Shown: piece after piece, positions 57,249 to 64,000 of the stretch
Position numbering within the stretch: position 1 is the first letter of the stretch
Layout: each line of letters begins with the position of its first letter
Assembly (NCBI GenBank): GCA_903869825.1
Contig: CAIQAL010000016.1
Span: forward strand, 34,269-98,268
Direction of reading: 5' to 3'
Length of the DNA stretch: 64,000 nt
Origin: an uncultured bacterium
GTDB lineage: Bacteria; Patescibacteriota; Minisyncoccia; Phycocordibacterales; UBA9973
Made by a program: the position numbers and the translations under genes
The notes under the pieces: generated by a model
What the model saw: only the letters and a program-made list of their open reading frames with translations
What the model was told of the DNA's origin: nothing
Databases searched by the model: none

Positions 57249-57283
57249 ACAGGCTATCGCAAATCGATAGCCTGTTTTTTTTA
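57249..57283 (+). terminator. Rho-independent terminator
   Basis: Stem CAGGCTATCG / CGATAGCCTG with loop CAAAT, then T8. Confidence 0.8.
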
Positions 57284-57354
57284 TTTTAAAATTAGTCATA
57301 AACATCGGTCTGAAAATACTTGATAATAAAGACAAACAGACTTTTAATAAAAAA

Positions 57355-57382
57355 TTGACAAATTTATAAATAGTGATATAAT
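57355..57382 (+). promoter_or_regulatory. Sigma70 promoter
   Basis: TTGACA, a 16-nt spacer, then TATAAT. Confidence 0.55.
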
Positions 57383-57456
57383 ATAAAAGTTAATCCTACA
57401 TTTTTTTTCACAAAAAATGGACAGTGTTATTAATATAAGATAAAATATATTTAATT

Positions 57457-60348
57457 ATGAAAATAGAACAAACTAATAATTTTGAAGGGAAAAAAGGGTT
57501 TGAAGATTTTTCTGGTCTATTAGAAGATGAAAACAAGGGATTTTTTAGTAAGATGTCCGGAGGAGCTAAGAGTATTTTTAATAAAGCATATGAGGGCATT
57601 AAAAAAGTTCCTGTCGCCGAAAGAATGATTGGGAAAATGGGAATCGCTTATAATCAGCATTGGATAGATTCGCATGAAAAAGTTGCCACAAAAAAACAAG
57701 TGGCCCTTGAAAATACTGAAACTGAGATTAATACCCTTTCTTCGGTAAGGTCAGAAATGGTTGATGCCATCCAAACCCTAGAGCAAGAAGGGGTTTCTAC
57801 CACTCCGCTTCAGAGAGGCTTGAAAAATATTGACAAAAAGACTCTGAAAAAAATGGGTGAGAGTGACAAGCATCAAAGCAAACTTGAAGCTAGAGTTGAC
57901 CTGATGACAATCTATACAAACAAAAGAGACCATATCGCCGATCAAGCGATAAGTAAATATGACCAAAAAATAGAACCATTGAATTTAGAAATGCAAAGAC
58001 TCGCTCTTCTGCGAGAAAAAGTAAAAATGGTAATTGAGGAAACAAAGAGAAAAAACGAAGCACAAAGGAAAGTGTTAAGTCAATTGTTAGACAAAAAATT
58101 AAGAATCGAAGAAGCTTACCGAAAAGGCGGAATTAAAGACGGCGCTGGAGGGATCACTGGAGGAAGAATATCAAAGATTTCTGCCGTAAAAGAACTTCAA
58201 AAAGTCATAGAACAAGGGTATGACAAGTTGCACAATGAGGAAGATAAACTTTTTTCAAAAAAATTAGAAATTGATATAAAAATAGCAAAACTTGAAAGGA
58301 AGGCAAACCCCTATCGGGACAGAAGAGAAAATCTTATTCGAGTGAAAGAGAATAGACCAATCGAATTTGGTATCGCCCAAAGAGAAAGAAGTGAAAACCG
58401 TGATTACGAACTAGATACCGTAGCCCACTTAAAAAATAATTTGGAAAATTTGTACAATAAAGATTCAGAAGACACAAGTGAGCCCGAAAATATGCCAGAT
58501 GAATTAGACACTCAGAAACCTGAAAACGGACCAAGGTTTTTGTCTGAAGAGGAAAAGGGGATGATGTCAGGATTCTCGGAACAGGATATCGGTAAAAAAT
58601 TTGGAGAAAATATAAAATGGAACGAGTCAGGAGATTTTGGAGTAAATATCTATAAAGAGGGAAAACTATTTTGGAAAAAATATCATGTAAAAATGTATAA
58701 TAGGCAAGGAGAGGATGGATATGAATATGTTGACTATAAGATTTTAAATAAGGAAATAATAAAAAAAGAAAAAGAGGCCATCCTGGAAGCAAATCGCGCA
58801 ATGTCAATCCTTTCGGACAAAGAAAATGATTCATTTGAATTAGTAATAAATGAAAAAGAAGGGAAAGTATACGAGATAAATTCAGTACCGAAAGCAGAAG
58901 AACTACCTGCAGAATCACCTGAATTGCCTGCAGCCTCAATTCCAGAAGTTCCAGCACCAAGCACCAGTGAAGCATCAAATGTGGCTACGGTCGAAAAAAA
59001 GAAAAAATCGCTCAGAGAAAGAATAAGTAGTTGGTTCAGCTCAAAGAAGAAGGAAACGAAATCGCCAGAAACAAAAATTGACAATAAAGATGAAGCTGCC
59101 GCTCAAGAGAAAATTTCTCTCGAAGAACAAGAAAAAAAAGAAGCGGAACGTAAATTAAGAGAAGAGCAAGAAAAATCAGGTGCTTTACGGGCTTCAGAAA
59201 TGGATGCAGAATATAAATTAAAGAAAGAACAAGAAGAATCGGATGCTTTACGGGCTTCATTAATGGACGTAGAAAAATTAAATTTAAAATATCCATTTGA
59301 GTGGAAAATTTACAAATCAACAGACGACGATGGTACTCCTTTTAATTCCCGAGAAGGGACATTTAATTTAGAAACCATAACAGGAAAAGTGGAAATAATC
59401 ATACTAGAAGAGCAAACTGAGTGGAAAAAATCAAAATCAGCAGGATTAAAAAAAGTGTTAACGCTAGGATTAAAAGATTTTGGTAAATTTTTAGTGAAAG
59501 AAAAACCAACATGGAAAGTTTCCATTGAAACAAATGGTAAAGACTCATATCCTCACGAATTTGCCACAATAGAAGAAGCGGCTGCCTATGCAGAAAAAAT
59601 TATTGACGACGAAACTAAGATTAAAGATGAAGCTGCCGCTCAAGAGAAAATTTCTCTCGAAGAACAAGAAAAAAAAGAAGCGGAACGTAAATTAAGAGAA
59701 GAGCAAGAAAAATCAGGTGCTTTACGGGCTTCAGAAATGGATGCAGAAGATAAATTAAGAGAAGAACAAGAAAGATCTGGTTCAATTCGGGCCAAAAAAA
59801 TGGAAAAAGAATTAAGAAAAAATGCACCTAAAAAATCCTTTAGTGAAAGATTTCCTAGAATAGCAGAAATCTTCATGCAAAGAGAATTAACAGAAGAAGA
59901 ATCTAGGGCTAAAGATGAAAAGGATCTGAATATTATTATTGAAAAAGAAATCAAGAATGATAATTCCGAACGAGGAAAAATTGCAACAGAACTAAGTCCT
60001 AAGACACTAAGATCATTTATTGACATAAGAAGAGACCAAACAGCTGAAGAAATTGACTTAAATCTTAAATTTCTATCTAAAAAAACTGCTAGGCAAATTG
60101 CAAAATCATATGAGGCTTCCTTCCGTTTTAACAACCCTAGCTTGAAATTCTCAGAAGAAGCGGCAAAAGAACTTATAAAGGGCAATGTAAATATTGTTTT
60201 TGGAGGTCATGCAAATGAAGAGGTGATACTTCCTGATGAGATTATAAAAATACTTGCTAAAAGTAAGGGTAAAATCGAGTTTTCTTCTGACTCGTGTCAA
60301 CATAAACTTGATAACTTTAGAGAGGAACTTACTAAAAGTACTGATTAA
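57457..60348 (+). CDS. Large (963 aa) highly charged coiled-coil protein with an internal 45-aa duplication
   Basis: Lys/Glu-rich heptad sequence throughout. The segment KDEAAAQEKISLEEQEKKEAERKLREEQEKSGALRASEMDAE occurs twice; 135 nt are identical at the DNA level. Confidence 0.55.
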   Translation: MKIEQTNNFEGKKGFEDFSGLLEDENKGFFSKMSGGAKSIFNKAYEGIKKVPVAERMIGKMGIAYNQHWIDSHEKVATKKQVALENTETEINTLSSVRSEMVDAIQTLEQEGVSTTPLQRGLKNIDKKTLKKMGESDKHQSKLEARVDLMTIYTNKRDHIADQAISKYDQKIEPLNLEMQRLALLREKVKMVIEETKRKNEAQRKVLSQLLDKKLRIEEAYRKGGIKDGAGGITGGRISKISAVKELQKVIEQGYDKLHNEEDKLFSKKLEIDIKIAKLERKANPYRDRRENLIRVKENRPIEFGIAQRERSENRDYELDTVAHLKNNLENLYNKDSEDTSEPENMPDELDTQKPENGPRFLSEEEKGMMSGFSEQDIGKKFGENIKWNESGDFGVNIYKEGKLFWKKYHVKMYNRQGEDGYEYVDYKILNKEIIKKEKEAILEANRAMSILSDKENDSFELVINEKEGKVYEINSVPKAEELPAESPELPAASIPEVPAPSTSEASNVATVEKKKKSLRERISSWFSSKKKETKSPETKIDNKDEAAAQEKISLEEQEKKEAERKLREEQEKSGALRASEMDAEYKLKKEQEESDALRASLMDVEKLNLKYPFEWKIYKSTDDDGTPFNSREGTFNLETITGKVEIIILEEQTEWKKSKSAGLKKVLTLGLKDFGKFLVKEKPTWKVSIETNGKDSYPHEFATIEEAAAYAEKIIDDETKIKDEAAAQEKISLEEQEKKEAERKLREEQEKSGALRASEMDAEDKLREEQERSGSIRAKKMEKELRKNAPKKSFSERFPRIAEIFMQRELTEEESRAKDEKDLNIIIEKEIKNDNSERGKIATELSPKTLRSFIDIRRDQTAEEIDLNLKFLSKKTARQIAKSYEASFRFNNPSLKFSEEAAKELIKGNVNIVFGGHANEEVILPDEIIKILAKSKGKIEFSSDSCQHKLDNFREELTKSTD
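59086..59240 (+). repeat. Direct repeat copy 1 (135 bp identical, then degenerate)
   Basis: Matches 59623..59777. Lies inside the 963-aa ORF. Confidence 0.8.
59623..59777 (+). repeat. Direct repeat copy 2
   Basis: Matches 59086..59240. Confidence 0.8.
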
Positions 60349-60377
60349 TAAAATCTAAACCTAAAATAAATAAATTT

Positions 60378-60665
60378 ATGAAAACAGATCAAAACACACA
60401 AACTAGTGAAGAAAAAGATTTATCAAAAGAACTAGACGGACTTTTAAAGGAAGCCGGGGATATAAATAAAACAATAGATGAAACAAACGCAGATTCAACA
60501 GAAAAAATGAATGAAATTGAAAAGAAAGTTGATGAATCAGAAAAAAAAATTAATGCCGTATGTTCTGATATGGATATAATTGAAAAAGAAGCAGGAAAAG
60601 ACATAGAAAGACTTATGATGGAAGAAGCAGAATTATTGGCAGAAGAAGACAAAAAAGAACAATAA
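60378..60665 (+). CDS. Small acidic coiled-coil protein
   Basis: 95 aa, E/K/D-rich. Sits 30 nt after the 963-aa gene, on the same strand. Confidence 0.4.
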   Translation: MKTDQNTQTSEEKDLSKELDGLLKEAGDINKTIDETNADSTEKMNEIEKKVDESEKKINAVCSDMDIIEKEAGKDIERLMMEEAELLAEEDKKEQ

Positions 60666-60702
60666 TAAAATTTTCAACCTATTCTATGCTATATTAATCT
60701 GC

Positions 60703-62640
60703 ATGGAAGACCACTTAAAAGGCTTAAATCCAGCTCAAAAAGAAGCGGCAGAACATATGGATGGTCCAATTTTAATTGTGGCCGGAGCCGGAGCCGGAAA
60801 AACAAAGACAATCACTCACCGAATAGTAAATTTGATAAAAAAAGGGGTAGCGCCGGAGAAAATCCTGGCGGTAACTTTTACCAACAAAGCCGCAAAAGAA
60901 ATGCGGGAGAGAATCGTGGCTGAAATAGAAAAAAATGCCAAAGGTCAAAATACTTTGCCTTTTGTTTCTACTTTTCACTCGCTTGGAGTTTACATAATTA
61001 AAGAAAATGCCCGAATTTTAGGCCTGACAAAATATTTTACAATCTTGGACGAAAGCGATACAACGAATTTGGTAAAAGATGCCATCAAAGAACTTGGACT
61101 TGATCCAAAACAATATGACCCAAGAAGAATAAAAAATATTATCAGCCGAGAAAAAGGAAAATTCACTAACTTGTCGGATTACGAGGAAAAAGAATCAAGC
61201 GCGCTTGGAAGAATCGTTGGGGCTGTGTGGAATATTTATGAAAAGAAAAAAAGCAAAGAAAACTCACTCGACTTTGATGACTTACTTTTAAAAGCGGTAA
61301 AACTTTTGAAAGAAAATGAAATGATAAGAAAAATTTACCAGGAACGCTGGGAGTATATTCACATCGATGAGTATCAGGATACAAACGAAGTACAATATCT
61401 AATGACCCGGATTCTTTCGGAAAAGAATAAAAACATCTGCGTAGTAGGGGATGCGGACCAAAACATTTACTCCTGGCGCGGAGCAAACTTGAAAAACATT
61501 TTGTCTTTCGAAAAAGATTATCCAAACGCAAAAATAATTTTACTGGAAGAAAACTATCGATCGACCAAAAACATTTTGGAAGCGGCAAACGAAATAATTA
61601 AAAAAAATATTTACCGCCCGGACAAAAACTTATTTACCAAAAATGAAACCGGGGAAAAAATTTCTCTCTACGAAGCCATCGATGAAGGAGACGAAGCCGA
61701 ACACGTCGCAACAAAAATTTTAACCCTGCTCGACAAAGAATCGACTACCTTCCCCGAAGTCGCAGTTCTTTACCGTGCAAACTTTCAGTCGCGCGCCATG
61801 GAAGAAGCGATGCTCAGGTACAATATTCCGTATCAAGTGTTAGGAGTAAAATTTTTTGAAAGGAAAGAAATCAAAGATACCCTCGCTTACTTGCGAGCGG
61901 CACTGAACCCAGAAAGTCTTTCGGATATAAAAAGAATTATCAATTTCCCGGCACGCGGAATCGGCAAAACAACTTTGCTAAAACTTTTTTCTGGAGAGAA
62001 AGAAAGTTTGCCGATAAAAATGAAACTAAAAATCGATAATTTTTATGCCGCGCTCGGAGAAATAAGCGAAAAAATTAAAACAGAAAAAGCATCAGAGGTG
62101 GTAAAGTTTACCGTAAAGAAATCTGGCATTGAACTTGAGTTGCAATCGGGAGTGGAGGAAGACCTAGAAAGGCTTGAAAACATTAAAGAATTAGCGACCT
62201 TAGCTGTTAAGTACGACAACCTAAAAGAGGGCGGTGGAATAGAAAAACTTTTGGAAGATGCCTCACTTGCAAGCGACCAAGATTCGATAATGCATCGAGA
62301 AGAAAAAAAAGAAAATAAAAACGCAATTAAACTAATGACTGTTCACGCTTCAAAGGGTCTCGAATTCGAATATGTTTTTATTACCGGGCTCGAAGACGGT
62401 CTCTTCCCACATCAAAAACAAGGAGAGAGGGAAACAGCCGAAGACCGGGAAGAAGAACGCAGACTATTTTACGTAGCGCTAACTAGAGCAAAGAGAAAAT
62501 TATTTCTATCATATGCTGACTTCCGAACAATTTTCGGATCTCGCCAGATAAATGCTCCTTCGGAATTTTTGGCCGACATCCCGAAAGATTTAATCGAGAA
62601 AGGGGATGAAGACCCTGGAATCAAAACCATCTATATATGA
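60703..62640 (+). CDS. uvrD: ATP-dependent DNA helicase, UvrD/PcrA/Rep family
   Basis: 645 aa. Begins NPAQKEAAEH...LIVAGAGAGKTKTITHR. Has the DEYQDTN motif and helicase motifs through to the C-terminal TVHASKGLEF. Confidence 0.85.
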   Translation: MEDHLKGLNPAQKEAAEHMDGPILIVAGAGAGKTKTITHRIVNLIKKGVAPEKILAVTFTNKAAKEMRERIVAEIEKNAKGQNTLPFVSTFHSLGVYIIKENARILGLTKYFTILDESDTTNLVKDAIKELGLDPKQYDPRRIKNIISREKGKFTNLSDYEEKESSALGRIVGAVWNIYEKKKSKENSLDFDDLLLKAVKLLKENEMIRKIYQERWEYIHIDEYQDTNEVQYLMTRILSEKNKNICVVGDADQNIYSWRGANLKNILSFEKDYPNAKIILLEENYRSTKNILEAANEIIKKNIYRPDKNLFTKNETGEKISLYEAIDEGDEAEHVATKILTLLDKESTTFPEVAVLYRANFQSRAMEEAMLRYNIPYQVLGVKFFERKEIKDTLAYLRAALNPESLSDIKRIINFPARGIGKTTLLKLFSGEKESLPIKMKLKIDNFYAALGEISEKIKTEKASEVVKFTVKKSGIELELQSGVEEDLERLENIKELATLAVKYDNLKEGGGIEKLLEDASLASDQDSIMHREEKKENKNAIKLMTVHASKGLEFEYVFITGLEDGLFPHQKQGERETAEDREEERRLFYVALTRAKRKLFLSYADFRTIFGSRQINAPSEFLADIPKDLIEKGDEDPGIKTIYI

Positions 62641-63398
62641 AACACATCCCAAAAAAATCATTAGGCCAAAACTTTTTAAAGTCCAAAATCGCTTTGGATA
62701 AAATTGTTGCAGCTGGCGAAATTTTTCCTGAAGATACTATTTTGGAAATCGGGCCCGGAAAAGGAGCGCTGACTGAAAAACTTTTAGCAGTGGCTGGAAA
62801 GGTATTGGCGGTAGAAAAAGATAGAAACCTTTTTATTTTTTTGCAAGAAAAATTTGCAAAAGAAATCTCTTCTGGAAAATTAATTCTAACTGAAGATGAT
62901 ATTTTAAATTTTTCAATCAAAGGTGATTACAAAATCATTGCAAATATTCCCTACAACATCACCGGGGCAATACTGAAAAAATTTCTAGGGGGAGAGAGCC
63001 AGCCCAAGATGATGGTTCTGATGGTACAGCACGAAGTTGCCAAAAGGATTATGGCTCGAGACGGAAAAGAAAGTATCCTTTCAATTTCGGTCAAAGCCTA
63101 CGGAGCACCAAAACTAGAAATGAAAGTCCCAGCCCGTTACTTTGCTCCATCTCCAAAAGTTGATTCTGCGGTAATTTCAATAAAAAATATCTCAAGAAAA
63201 TTTTTTCAAGAAAACAATATTAGTGAAATAGCTTTTTGGAAAATAGTCCACGCTGGATTTGCTCATAAAAGAAAAAAATTGTCGGGGAACCTTCAAAACG
63301 TCGTTTCACAAGAAAAAATTTCTGCCTCGGGGGTAGAAAACAAAAGAGCAGAAGATTTAACCTTGTCCGATTGGACCAAGATAATCCACAATTTTTGA
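62637..63398 (+). CDS. rsmA: 16S rRNA (adenine1518/1519-N6)-dimethyltransferase
   Basis: 253 aa. Begins KKSLGQNFL. SAM motif EIGPGKGALT. Overlaps the helicase stop by 4 nt. Confidence 0.85.
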   Translation: MKHIPKKSLGQNFLKSKIALDKIVAAGEIFPEDTILEIGPGKGALTEKLLAVAGKVLAVEKDRNLFIFLQEKFAKEISSGKLILTEDDILNFSIKGDYKIIANIPYNITGAILKKFLGGESQPKMMVLMVQHEVAKRIMARDGKESILSISVKAYGAPKLEMKVPARYFAPSPKVDSAVISIKNISRKFFQENNISEIAFWKIVHAGFAHKRKKLSGNLQNVVSQEKISASGVENKRAEDLTLSDWTKIIHNF

Positions 63399-63441
63399 TT
63401 TATCTTTAGTTTTAAAAATTGGAATGTGATATAATCATAGA

Positions 63442-63927
63442 ATGAGGAAAAGTTTTTCTGCTTTAGGAATAATTTTGCTAGCTGTTTTTTTGTTACCAAA
63501 AACATCTTTTGCTTTGAGTATGGGTTTTGGGGGAAAAATAATGGCCACGACAATTTCAGGAGTCACTTGCACCGGAGGTGGAACCTTGGTAATTCTTGAC
63601 ACTAACGCATCTGGGGCTGTAAGTGCCGTATCCTCTGCTGCTTCTAAAGGAAGTACTACTTCAAAAGTATACGGAACAATAAGTAGTATTTATAAAATGA
63701 TTCCTTTTTACGCAACCGATTTAAGTAAAAAACCTCAAAAAGGTGGTCACATTATTGGAAAAGCGGACTCAATCATCGACACTGGAACTTGTAAATATAA
63801 ATCAGGAGACAGTTATGTCCCAGTCCCGGTACGAAAAACAAGCAAATATGCTATTTCTCCCGATTTGTCAAAATCTACTTCTAATTATGGAACAACTTCG
63901 TCGGCAGGAATATATAATTACGAATAA
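63442..63927 (+). CDS. Secreted hypothetical protein
   Basis: 161 aa with signal peptide MRKSFSALGIILLAVFLLPKTSFA. Gly/Ser/Thr-rich. Confidence 0.45.
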   Translation: MRKSFSALGIILLAVFLLPKTSFALSMGFGGKIMATTISGVTCTGGGTLVILDTNASGAVSAVSSAASKGSTTSKVYGTISSIYKMIPFYATDLSKKPQKGGHIIGKADSIIDTGTCKYKSGDSYVPVPVRKTSKYAISPDLSKSTSNYGTTSSAGIYNYE

Positions 63928-63933
63928 AATATT

Positions 63934-64000
63934 ATGAAAAAATATCTACCAAGCAAAAAATTCATCTATCTTATCGTCTCATTTATTGTAGTGGGAGGAA
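63934..64000 (+). CDS. Partial ORF (N-terminus only) of a membrane or secreted protein
   Basis: Encodes MKKYLPSKKFIYLIVSFIVVGG... and runs off the window end. Confidence 0.25.
   Translation, partial: MKKYLPSKKFIYLIVSFIVVGG

Noticed and set aside
59036-59827. Minus-strand ORFs 59036..59320 and 59621..59827 sharing an identical 45-aa segment
   Set aside because: They are antisense shadows of the internal direct repeat within the 963-aa plus-strand gene.

Overview
This 64 kb window is low-GC (about one third GC) and densely packed with bacterial genes. The gene content (short genes, a competence-type type IV pilus locus, an H+-pyrophosphatase, giant surface proteins, tRNA genes without encoded CCA, many lineage-specific hypotheticals) is reminiscent of a CPR/Patescibacteria-like genome. 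That assignment is unverified.

Main blocks, in order:
- A long minus-strand housekeeping array: Cys-rich protein, argS, dut, NUDIX, tmk, DMT permease, CYTH, glyA, then a comEC remnant.
- Fe/Mn superoxide dismutase, RNase H with a C-terminal hybrid-binding domain, and recJ.
- HIT, pgk, tpiA.
- A minus-strand type IV pilus locus: lipoprotein, a 1068-aa protein with three CARDB domains, pilB, pilC, three prepilins, and a 441-aa Gly/Thr-rich protein.
- nusA, hppA, a trigger factor lacking the PPIase domain, clpP (no clpX follows), rny, and hup.
- A second Cys-rich paralog and a LexA operon with a perfect GAAC-N4-GTTC box.
- DksA/TraR-like protein, then rpsO, a NYN-domain protein and pnp.
- Xer recombinase, a vWA protein, xth and tRNA-Leu.
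- A divergent TrmB regulator / SplB-like radical SAM pair, murI, and a DedA protein.
- The cca gene embedded in a cluster of four tRNA genes.
- zupT, a LysM-M23 peptidase, a LysM membrane protein, a 963-aa coiled-coil protein with an internal 135-bp perfect direct repeat, uvrD/pcrA and ksgA.

No CRISPR array, rRNA or transposase was seen.

The most intriguing unexplained items are:
- two large paralogous Cys-rich proteins built from repeated zinc-ribbon-like modules;
- a 565-bp ORF-free stretch carrying TTTCACGTGAAA palindromes inside the tRNA cluster;
- a NYN-domain gene inserted into the rpsO-pnp unit, with a 12-bp perfect hairpin upstream of pnp;
- four exact DnaA-box 9-mers scattered in promoter regions;
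- unknown genes co-transcribed with lexA.
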